A stretch of DNA of 64,000 bases from Tubiluchus corallicola (Eukaryota; Animalia; Priapulida): NCBI GenBank assembly GCA_030141605.1, contig JAQGDQ010000114.1, forward strand, positions 124,001 to 188,000. The letters run 5' to 3'. The translations under genes were made by a program, and so were the position numbers. Positions 1-46,200 of the stretch are shown piece after piece. Every line of letters starts with the position of its first letter. The stretch's first letter is position 1. Under the pieces are notes generated by a model. It did not search any database. It was not told the origin of the DNA and worked only from the letters and a program-made list of their open reading frames with translations.

Positions 1-668
1 AATTTCAAATTTCAAACATTGCCTTTTTTATTGTGTCATTTGTGACATTGATGTAAGCGTTAATGTGTTTTTCTTGAAGTGACATTTCTTTGCCACTCAT
101 ATTTTCTTTTAACAGCTGGTGAATGCAGCTAGCTACTTAACCACACATGTACACCATAATATTTACAGGGCATTTTCCCATAGCAAATGCCATCCATTTT
201 GTTTTGATTTGATACGTGCCTGTCAGGCTGCCAGAAAATAAACACAGTTTGTTTATAAGTCCTGAAGATCTTGGTTATAGTGATTTTATGTAAGATAGCA
301 GTTCAACACTGAAAAGACAAAGGTACTAGAATTTTGGTGCTTCTGGGTGCAACATAAAGTCAAGGAAACATTTGTGAGAAATACGTGGTGGCAAAATTTT
401 ATCGTCGTCAATCATCGTCACAAAAACGGGCACCCTTAAGTTAGGACATACTGCATGTGCAAATCAGCTTTGAGAATTACATTTATTATTGTGAGTTTAC
501 AAAGTATTGTTATATGACATGCATTATTATATGATATGTATGGTATATGTTATATTTTCTATTGTTTGGCGACATCATGTCTGTTTGTCCAGCCTAAACC
601 ACACCACAGTTGAAATGAGATACTGATACGATATATAAAATGTGAAATTTAGAAATCTCTCATTGCAG

Positions 669-820
669 GCAAGGGACAATTTAGTTATGAGTGGGGATAC
701 TGGTGGTCGATTATGTTTCTGGGATTGGAGGACAGGAGAGGCTGAAACTATGATACAAGCGCATGAAAAACGGATAAACAGTATCAGTTTTCACGATACC
801 AGATTTTTCACTGCATCAAG
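669..820 (+). CDS. WD40 gene exon (third from last)
   Basis: ttgcag|GCA...CAAG|gtaaaa; ARDNLVMSGDTGGRLCFWDW...FFTAS. Confidence 0.85.
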
Positions 821-1963
821 GTAAAATTTAATGATTTTTCTATATATCACTGTGTGGTGGCAACCGATTGTTTGAGTTTGCACTAATACTCGAGTTTGCT
901 ACATTTGATTTATTTTAAATTCATTTTTAGTTACTCTTTACATTTCGCAATTGTTGCTTTAATTAAAATGAAACTAGTATGTGAGACTAGCTGCTATGAA
1001 ACCCAAGCTACTTGTGCCTTTAAGCATTTATAAGTGTCATCCATTATAGTGGAAATACTGTGATCAGTTATACGGTGTTGTAAATCCACTTAGAATAAAA
1101 AAAAGTTTATACATATGAATGTTGACTTCACTGAATTTGCCACACAGTAATTTTAAATATTCTTTCCTTGTAAACTGTTACATCATTTTAAAGTTTCTGT
1201 TGGCTTTTAGTGATGACTCAGTGAAAGAATGGGATCTGGGCACATTGGTTTGCTTGAGGATATTGTCTAGTCATAAAGGGCCTGTGAGAGCTGTACAGGT
1301 AATGCTCTTCCAATTTTTACCTAGAGAAATCTAACTATAAATGAGATTTGAATTGAAATCATGAACGTGGTATAGCAACTTAGAAGGCTTTTTGGATTAA
1401 TCTGGAAAGCGAAATTCTTTTCTTAATCCGATGAAAAAAACAAATTTCCATCTGGTACACTACCAAAGTTTTACATAGCTAAAGTTTCAGAATTGTATCT
1501 GTTCATTATAAGTATGGCAAAATAGAGAACACAAAACAGTCAACAGGGAACACAAAGTAATTTAAAATTGCTGCACCTTTTTGCTTTAACCCTCTCTTAA
1601 TCTCTCTGATAACTCTCATATTAATTGCTAACTACATACATAGTGCGACTAATCTGCATTTAAGAAAAATAAACAGGATCCAACAATTTATTATAACACA
1701 AGGATATGTGTAGCTTAGAATAAGCATGACAGCAACTGATGCTGCTTACAAAAAATTAACAAGTTTTTTCAATGTACCCAACTGATTTGTCGCAGGTGGA
1801 TGATAATTATATAGTAACTGCTGGCGATGATGCAAGAGTGCTTATCTATGAAACCCAAGAACCTTTGAAAGGCTTGGAAGTGGCAGCTACTTCTACTCTT
1901 CCATTCAAGACTTTAGTAATGCAGAAACCAGACGAGGATGATGGCATTGAGTTGGCGGTGTGA
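669..1963 (+). CDS. WD40-repeat protein, 3' part (last three coding exons: 669-820, 1211-1298, 1796-1963); gene begins upstream of the window
   Basis: Spliced translation gives successive WD repeats (ARDNLVMSGDTGGRLCFWDW...AHEKRINSISFHDTRFFTASSDDSVKEWDL...SHKGPVRAVQVDDNYIVTAGDDARVLIYE). Both introns are GT-AG with matching phases; TGA at 1961-1963. Resembles F-box/WD-type propellers, but the N-terminus is not visible. Confidence 0.88.
1211..1298 (+). CDS. WD40 gene penultimate exon
   Basis: ttttag|T GAT...CAG|gtaatg; DDSVKEWDLGTLVCLRILSSHKGPVRAVQ. Confidence 0.85.
1796..1963 (+). CDS. WD40 gene last exon
   Basis: cgcag|GTG GAT GAT...TGA; VDDNYIVTAGDDARVLIYE...ELAV*. Confidence 0.85.
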   Translation: MDDNYIVTAGDDARVLIYETQEPLKGLEVAATSTLPFKTLVMQKPDEDDGIELAV

Positions 1964-4379
1964 TGTTTTGATGCGTAATAGTATTTAATTATTATAATAT
2001 AGGATATTATTAATTTATTTTTAAAAGTGGAGTACTCTCTCCTTTTGTTATTTCATTTTTGTTAATAATGTCTCTGTTGTTTAAGTTTAAACATGTATAA
2101 ATGTGGAAAAGGTATTGCATGTATATATGTAAGTGTGTATTTTTTGTAATTATCTGTTATATAATGTATAAAAATACTGATAGTGGTATTTATCATACAA
2201 AAATTAAAATGTCAGTTATTAAAATTACCTGTTAGACTTTTGTTGTGAATTTTTACGATATGACGGTACTGCCCATGAATTATGAAAAGAACACAACATT
2301 TAACAAAAGTCCAGTTTGTTCTAAACCTTAATTTGTGTCCATAACTGTTGATATATGGAATAAACTCCACTTGCTACCTATTGTTTTTAACAAGACCTAG
2401 TTATCACCAAATCTACAGCTTGGGTTCTAAATTGTGAAAGTACAAATAACTAAATGAACCAGCATTGCTAATTTTTATAAATCGCCCCACACAAAGACTG
2501 GCTATTCCAGGTGTATTTTTCAGGTCCATGTGTGTCAAAGGGGAAGCACAATGTATCAAACTCTTGGGCAGCACAATTTCCAACAACAATTTTGGCATTA
2601 ATGGCGAGTCATGCATTTTCGTCGAAGAGCTGAGCAAATATGCAATAACACCGTGGCACTAATACGAAAACTTGCTGAAGTTATTACTTCAATGCTGTTG
2701 TAAACAAACGTAGGCTATACTACTGTCTGTGTGTAGCAAAAATTACTGCCTAATACTTATGAAGTTTAATTGGTTGTCATAAATATTGCCGACTTTTTTC
2801 AAAATTTTCGGTAATTCAAACTAATAAATTTTTGAAAGTTACACAATTTTTTGAATAATTACCACAACATTTTGAGGTATGAAACTTAAAAAACGTGGGC
2901 ATTTGTGATAGTGACTTAACTATCTACATTGGAAATGTTGTAAAGTAAGCTTTGGTGCTTTATATTCTTAGTAATGAAAAAGTCACACATGCTTTGGGTT
3001 GTTTTGTCACTTTGGACTCAACTGATAGATGGCGCAACCGGGTAGTACGCAGAAAATATAAAGGTACGTCATGTGAAGCTGCAGTCATCTGTGTGGGCCC
3101 AGGTTAACACTACGCTTCGCCTATTCTATGTTTAACCACATAGTCATTGAATTATGCCAAAAAAATGTTAACCGAAACACGTCCACTTCATACTGATTGC
3201 AACACTGTTGTTGAAAACATTACTTCTACATTTATTTTCTTACTGACGAGGATTGTAGACATAGTATGCTTAACATGACGACATATTAATTGAATTACTG
3301 TAGGTTTCCGTTTAAACATCGGAAATTAAACTACATTGCGACATGACTTTTTTCGGCAGCCTTGTAAAAATTAAAATCATTTTTAATTTTAAGTGTTCTT
3401 AAATACTGATAGAGTAGATTGAAAAATTACCTAAAATATTTTTATAATTACGTACGTTTTATTGGTTTGCCACAAGAAACAGGAAAAATAAATGGAATGC
3501 CAATTTTTGAGAATTATTGCCTCTTGTGAAGCTTTAGGGTCTTTATAATGATAAAACGTATACTTATTTTCACGTAGCTTACACTGCCCAGCGTGAAGCT
3601 ATAAATAGTTTTAATAAAAGCTTGATAGTGCTTTGAAAAATACACGAAAAGGTAAAAAGTTGATCAACAGGCTGTTAAATGTTACACTTATTACTTTTAT
3701 TTATTAGTATTCTTTGTTCCTAATAATGTTGCATACAATGTAAAGATAAAATGATATCATATTTACATTAAAACTTGTATGTAACCAGTTTGGAAAAACT
3801 GATAAAGTGTCGTACACCTAAAACTAAATTAAAACTACATATAAATAAATTGAAAAAATTACAAAATGCACAATGTAAAAAACATTAAGAACTATATTAA
3901 AGAAATTTACGAAATGTACAAAATGCACAATAGACGGACATAAAGAAATTCTGCTCTTTAAATTTGGAAACATTTTTACTTGATTCGTTTTTTGACGTTT
4001 ATTTTTGTTTTCTGGGTGTTAATAATGAAAAGCTTGTGTGTTTTTCTTTTTAATGCATTCAAATTTGTCACAAGAATGATTTCCTGAAAGATTATGGACA
4101 TTGGTTTTGAAACATCAGTTTTTGAAATAAAATGAGCGTTTTTGGCATAGGTCTGTTAAGAAAATCGAAGTCATGTTTTCGTACTTAATTATTAGCAAGC
4201 ATGTCTTCCATGTGTCTCGAGAGTTTTATCATGTTTTTAATTTTCGCAGTAATGATGAATATAGATCATCAGTTTGTATCTAAACTTGCTTTTCTTGATA
4301 ATGATTAAATTAGTTCAGCAAACTAACTTTTCCGCCTACGAAGCGACGCTGCCTATTCAAACACCAAAGTTCGAGCAGG

Positions 4380-4463
4380 CGTCATGCAGTTTCCATGAAT
4401 GAACGTGTCATCAGCCATATTAGGTAAATAGGGCGGTGCTAAACCAAAACAGGTTTGTGACGT
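4380..4463 (+). promoter_or_regulatory. Putative proximal promoter of the PLK2/3-like gene (CRE half-site, STAT-type TTCN3GAA, CArG box, forkhead site, GC box, CRE/ATF core)
   Basis: CGTCA 4380-4384, TTCCATGAA 4391-4399, CCATATTAGG 4415-4424, GTAAATA 4424-4430, GGGCGG 4431-4436, TGACGT 4458-4463. Lies just upstream of a probable non-coding first exon ending at donor AAG|gtaaga (4716/4717). Confidence 0.55.
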
Positions 4464-4499
4464 GTACATTGAGTCTGCGCACTTTTCCACTATTCTCTT

Positions 4500-4716
4500 G
4501 CCAGTGCAGCCGCTTACTGTGAAGCTGTAATAAAGCATGGGACTCCTAGGAAAGTTCTCATAATGGTTGTAGTATGTAAGGTGCTACGGTAACTTCGAGG
4601 ATACAAAAGAAGTTAGCAAGTTTATGCACGTAAATTATAGACCGTTTTCGCTGTCGGAATATTGAAACAAAATTTAAATATCAACAATGTTTTTCTAAAA
4701 TAGTGAATAGTACAAG
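4500..4716 (+). other. Probable non-coding 5' UTR exon of the PLK gene (start approximate)
   Basis: Strong donor CAAG|gtaaga at 4716/4717; pyrimidine-rich acceptor ...tttctgtaatag| at 4926/4927, 15 nt before the ATG at 4942. Confidence 0.5.
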
Positions 4717-4941
4717 GTAAGAAATAATTTACTCTTATTTTTACGTACCTTTTCTTTTAGTATAAAGAATTGATGCCTTTGCTTAGAAAAGTTGTAAAAT
4801 TCTAGGTATTTGTTTACTACATTTCACGAAAATGTATTGTAATTTAAGCAATAATCATTACATAAGTAACATAACACAGTCATTGAATCTTGCATACGTA
4901 ATCTGTTTCTTTTGTTTCTGTAATAGTTGCATTGTCTGAAG

Positions 4942-40209
<35,268 letters not shown>

Positions 40210-40679
40210 AACTTCAGATTTAGGATGTTCTTGCAATTTTCAATACAGTTTCTCCAAAGTATGTGTTGTAATATACAAACTTGTTTTATTAAGATGTTAA
40301 TCCTGTCATTCTTAATATCAGTTGTGTTTAAAATATGAAAGAAATGACTAATTGGTTTTCCCCACGAATTTAACCATTGTGAAAATGTGAGTTAACAGAA
40401 TTTTTGTTGGATTAATTTCCGCATGTGAAGTGTATGTTTCACGATCACAATATAGTAACCAAAGGAAGAATTGAAAGTTTACTGTTGACATATTATGTAA
40501 GTGTTTTGATGCGCTGATGCATATTGTGTGCAAATATTTATTCCATAAAACAAGTGCACATTTGTAGGGTCTTATTGTGGTTACTATGGTTGACAGATTG
40601 CTTCTATGTTTCAAAAGAATTTCTTATGAATGGTTATATGCATAAGAACATTGTGCTTCTACTCAAATCCTTCTTAGGC

Positions 40680-41120
40680 TAGGGTTACCATATTGTCTGA
40701 GCTGAAAAAGAGGACACTTTTTCACACACTTGTAAATAGGCAAAAATAACCAGTCTAGGGTGTATTAAAACAATGCAAAATTAAATGCAAATTATACAAA
40801 TAGGCCTACATGTATTCTAATAGCAATACCTAATGGCTATACTGCAAAAAACATTAACACACTGCAACTGTCAGTCGCCTGCTTCTTCTTGGCTCTGAGA
40901 AACAGTTACGCTTGAACTTGACTGAGCCCGAGGCTTCTTCAAATTAGCAAAGACATTCCTGCCTTCAGGTCCATTTATCAAGTCGTTAGCGAATACGAGC
41001 TTTTCTTTGTCTCGTGCTGTCGTACGTCTCTGCAGTTGGCAACATATGTACATACTTACGGATTGAGGCAAAACCCGGACAAGTATGTGTCCGGGGAAAC
41101 CCGGACATATGGTAACCCTA
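40680..41120. mobile_element. Non-autonomous hAT (Blackjack-like) DNA transposon / MITE, 441 bp
   Basis: TIRs TAGGGTTACCATA ... TATGGTAACCCTA; 8-bp TSD tcttaggc/tcttagga (7/8); subterminal aaacccggaca repeats. Confidence 0.85.
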
Positions 41121-42350
41121 TCTTAGGATAAATCACGGTTAGCAGTTTTGTGATTCAATTTAGAACAAAAGCCTGATGCACTAACTGTACACAGTAGTTG
41201 CTGTGATAATGATGGATATTATATTCTTGTGTGCCAGCACAAGCACTGATAAATGGTGCTGTAAAGATTTAACAAGTCTTAGTTACTGTAATCTAAAGTT
41301 GCAAATTAGTTTTTTAAGTAACGCAATGCTTTTTAGAGCTGAATTTGTTTTCGTATGATATGTTATATGCATTTCTATTAGAAATGCTGACGTTTTTTAG
41401 TTGTTAATGTGGACAATAGGTAGCCCTAAAGCTGTTTTTTTTGTAATGCAAAGGATTTAAAGACTGTAGTGTCTGCCTGTAATCATTTCATGTAGCCTAG
41501 GTCAGTGCAGATATCAAAAAGATTTGTAAATATCAACTAACTTATCACTTGTTCTTAGGCATATGTGAGATGTTAAATTTGTCATCAAGAACAGAAATTT
41601 TTTCTAGTATTAACAATTAATGTTTTACATTAAATTTTACAGTATAAGTGGCATAGATTAATCATGAAATAACGTAACTGAGCCAAAAGTGCATATAAAG
41701 GTTTACTAAATATACTAGTTATAATTGTTATTAATATCTCTTTTGCTAACAAGTATGGCATAGATTGTGTTTACTAGGTTATTAGAATAAATATACACGG
41801 ACATCACTCAGGAAACGTTTTTATTTTTACTCTGATATTTCGTTGATTGTATTATAATGGTGAAACTGTTTTGATGCTGTTGTCAGGCTTTTGAGCCATT
41901 TTGTTGTTGGCTTTGGCAGCCCTTTTCAATGCAAACTTTGTGAAATAGTACATTCCTGTGCCATATACGGTATAAGGCACTGCTTGATTTGTATCAGCCT
42001 TCCTATATTTGTAGCTTATTTCCTTTATTTTATAGAATTGTTTTTCTTTAATAACTGTAAGCTAAAGAATTGTCCATGCTTTTTATTGTGTGGTCGTCAC
42101 TCTGAACAATGTTCAGATGTGACTATTGGCTATTGAGGTATTTGTAATGTTCTAGCTAACAATAATATATTTCAGTCTTTCTGTGACAAGTTTTTTATGA
42201 CAGTTTTAGTTTTTCTACACTTACTGATAATCACTGTTCACAAAACTTCATTGTTCTGTTTATTTTTACATAGTTCATCTTCTTGAACTTTAAAAAAATC
42301 CAGAAAATTTTGTTATGTTTTTTGTATTATTTTGTAAATAACTTTTGAAA

Positions 42351-42356
42351 AATAAA
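42351..42356 (+). terminator. Putative poly(A) signal of the PLK gene
   Basis: AATAAA after a T-rich stretch, where the + strand switches from T-rich to A-rich. Confidence 0.5.
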
Positions 42357-42490
42357 AACAATTTTTTTCACTTAATATCATGTTATTCTCATAACAGTTG
42401 TCATTTATGGAAACGGCAACCTAAATTATAACATGTTCCAGTTTGACATTCCAAACATGAAACAAAACAAAAAGTTAAATTAAATCAATC

Positions 42491-42496
42491 TTTATT
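42491..42496 (-). terminator. Putative poly(A) signal of ATG4
   Basis: AATAAA on the minus strand, about 710 nt after the ATG4 stop, followed by a T/GT-rich downstream stretch. Confidence 0.5.
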
Positions 42497-43206
42497 TATG
42501 TAATAACCATACTTACAAAATATACAAAAAAGAAACCAATTTCATTAGTACAGAAATCTTAAATTATACTCTACGGGGTATTATACAATGCAAATATTTT
42601 ATAACGTGCACGTTCAACTATATTATTTCGTTACCATTGCATGTAATTTATTTTTCTATTTATTTTAAATATTTAGAATTCTATGCACACTGTGCAGGGC
42701 ACAAAATTTAATCAAATGGATACTTGAATAACAGTAATAAGCTTGCATTTAGCACTATTAGTTATGTGTTTAGTCTTAATATTATCAAAGCAATAAATAA
42801 AAAAAACTACAAAATGTGTCAAAACAGATAAGAGTTCCATAAAATTAGCACCATATATACTAAACTAAAGCTTTAGAATGAAAAAAGAAAGGATAAAACT
42901 ATTTTTTGCACTAAAATACAAAATTTATATGCAGAGTATTCTAAAAAGATTGGATCACAATAAAACAACGCAGCAGCAAAAGATGTTTATAAGACAGTCT
43001 AAGATATGCAGCAGAGAATCACTTGAGTAATGAACAATTTAGCATATGATATTGTGTAAAATCACCTATCATATTTCCGAAAAATTTTATGTTTACATAA
43101 TAGGCCATCGACACAGCAACTTGGTGATACTGCATGCACTAACGTTTTACCCACAACAGTCTTTCAGTGTAGCAAATACCGAAAAATTTCATACAGCAAA
43201 GCAAAA

Positions 43207-43268
43207 TCATAGCAGCTCAAACTCATCATCTGAGTCGTGGGCTTTTTCAGTATCCAGTATTGTATATT
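43207..43268 (-). CDS. ATG4B: ATG4 last coding exon (C-terminal LIR)
   Basis: ttttcag|(E)[19 protein letters not shown]. Confidence 0.88.
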
Positions 43269-46200
43269 CTGAAAAGAAAATTGAATTTATAAAACACTGT
43301 AAATTAAAACTTCTAATATTTATTATGAATTTTTGACTCTCTAGCTAATGAAAATTAAATGTGAAACACCATGTTAACCAAGGCAATGAAGGTTTAAAGC
43401 AACGGTAAAATGCACCGATTACGCTAACACAGTAGTAATTATAGCGAAACAACTGGAACAATTAAAAAAAATAACAATAGAAAACGAAAAGACGTAACAG
43501 TACACCATTCTTTGCTATATTACCCGATTTATAAATGTGTGCTGTAACCAAGTTTCAGAACCCAAGAAAACAAAAGTTAGCACAGCTGACAGATTCTGAC
43601 AGAACAATCAATGTATACTGGAGCTGCTAATAAGACCTGTTACTAAGTCTTCTTTTTTAGAGTCAGAAACAATAGTAGCCCGATTTATAAATGTGTGCTG
43701 TAACCAAGTTTCAGAACCCAAGAAAACAAAAGTTAGCACAGCTGACAGATTCTGACAGAACAATCAATGTATACTGGAGCTGCTAATAAGACCTGTTACT
43801 AAGTCTTCTTTTTTAGAGTCAGAAACAATAGTAGCCGCATAGACATATATACCTCCATAGCTTGTTCCTTCAGCACCACCTACAGCATATGAAGATTCAT
43901 AATAGTCATACCACTCCGGAAGACGCTCTTTTGCTAGTTCAAACATTGTCTGCTTGTCAGAAGATATAATTTTCTGAAAACAGACTGATGTTATTTCAAA
44001 AGGAATTTGACAACTAACAAACACAATCAATATGACTGAATAATCAAGAAAAGCTATTAATGAACAGTTTCTACTGATTCTTTGAGCAAGCATTGCAGTG
44101 ATGATCACACTACACCTACATCACACACTGTTTCAAAATGATGTTGTTGTCCGTAATATATGCTCCATTGAACTCACACCTGACAAATATATCACACAAC
44201 CTTCTTCACACAAAGATGTATGTAGAACTTTTTAAGCTTAAAATGTTCATTTTCGATGTTGATCATAAACAACAAAGGGCGAAGGGACTGACATATAAAC
44301 AGTTATTCATTTGTACATTTGTTTGGTCACTCATTTACTCACCATTCATTTATGCACTCAGCCATTTGTTCATTAGTTTGTCAATAGGTTATTCATTTCA
44401 CTAATTTTTAATATTATACATTTGTAGCCCTTTAAACAGGTAACAACCTCTGTTTGTCGGAAACATGTTGCAAAAATAGGTACTGTACTGGATCAGCAGA
44501 GCTGCTGACAACTGCCCAACACTGTATTGATTTCAATAAGCTTCATAAAATAGTGGTAGTCCAGCAACAAATTTGAAATTCTGAACTCCTAAGTCGTGAA
44601 ATTTTCATTTTTTTTGGTGCTGCCAATGTGAAATCACAGCGTCATCCTGAAATTTTCGTTTTCACAAACTTACAATTCTTTGTCACTTGAAAATTGAGTA
44701 CATTAGCAAGATCACTGCTAATTGTGGTTGCAAAAATAAAGTTCATAAGCTGATGTTTCATTACATTTATTATATGTAATAAAAATGATATCTTCCACTG
44801 CTGATTAATTAAATGAAAATCAGAGCCAATCTCAAACTGTAAGTCAAAACAATCTACTCTTTAAAATACCGAAAGGGAACACACTATTTTTTCAAAAATG
44901 ACTTACGTGAAAGAATTATTACCACACAAACGCAGGTTCGCGTTCTTTGCCGTTTTCTGCATTTCGCCATTCGCTAGTTAGACGGCGCTAGCATCTACAT
45001 TTCGGAAATGCAGTGCACAAAAAGCAGTACTTCTCAGTTCAGAGCTGTTCGTTTGTGATGTAATACACACGTTCGACACCTCATGCGTGAGCATAGTGGT
45101 AAATTAAAATTTGAATTTTTACCTTAAAACTTGCCGAGTTTTAGTACAACACACTGAATCTCTTACAGTAGTGCTGTACTTTAATTTTCGCTTTTGCAAA
45201 CATGTGCAACACGCTCATAGAATATTTTTGATGTTGAAAATAATGTTCATTTGTGATGTTATCAATAGTTTAGCTCACCTGCTGTTAATTAAGAAGATTT
45301 TAATCTATTATTTAATTATCAGAAACACTTTTGCAGTATTATTGGCATTAAAATGTACACTTTTTTACTATACTTGAAAGTGCAGTAGTATGTAAAAAAT
45401 CATCCTATCTTCCTTTAAGTTGTGGTTCAACGCATTTCCAGAGAATGAAAGTACTTACATCATGAACTAGATTACACCAGTCGTTAAAATCTGCCTCATT
45501 TTTGCAGAAAAAACCCTGCAAAATACGTTAGAGTCAAAACCCAAATCAACAAATGTTTTTTAAGTAAAATATACTGTTCATACCTTATTGCAAAAGTTGA
45601 AAATTTGCACTTATCATACTGTTGTCCTTACTAACATAACTTTCATATTTGAATGATTCAACATCATACGCTAACAAAGTGAAGCAAAGCTTAGTGGTCA
45701 TTGTCATAGTACGTTCTACAAAAAGTTACGTAAAACATGAACACGTTAATATACCAAGGCAATAGATGGATCCAATTCTTCAAATGACATTCTGTTTAGG
45801 TAATCACAATGGTAGCTACTGTCATCAATACGACCTAATTCATCTGGAATTTCTAAATCAGCAACAAGTTGATTCGTGTGTGGGTCCATGTACAGCAAGT
45901 CATTACCTGAAAAAAATTCATTTACGGATTACAGTCACACAATATTAAAGACATTTCTGTTGCTGCTTAACTATCACTAAAATTATCAACAAATGCAAAC
46001 ATGCTCACCAATATATCCTACAAAGTAGTATGCGTGATTTGGCTTTCCTCCGATGATTCCCACACTTTGTTTAAATTTAAGGCATTCCTGTAAATAAAAT
46101 AAACGTAGCTAAATGCATAAAAAACAGACCAGTGTAAATGATTGTTAAGAAACTATATTAAAATGATTTTACTGTTTAATGTCTTTTTACAATTTATTTA

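Noticed and set aside
2413-2662. Overlapping 65-74 aa ORFs between the WD40 and PLK genes
   Set aside because: No recognisable domain or consistent exon chain.
44860-45420. Kolobok-like MITE in ATG4 intron 10 (and a similar end at about 430-439)
   Set aside because: Only one plausible terminus (...cctttaa / ...cccttaa); no matching inverted end could be shown.
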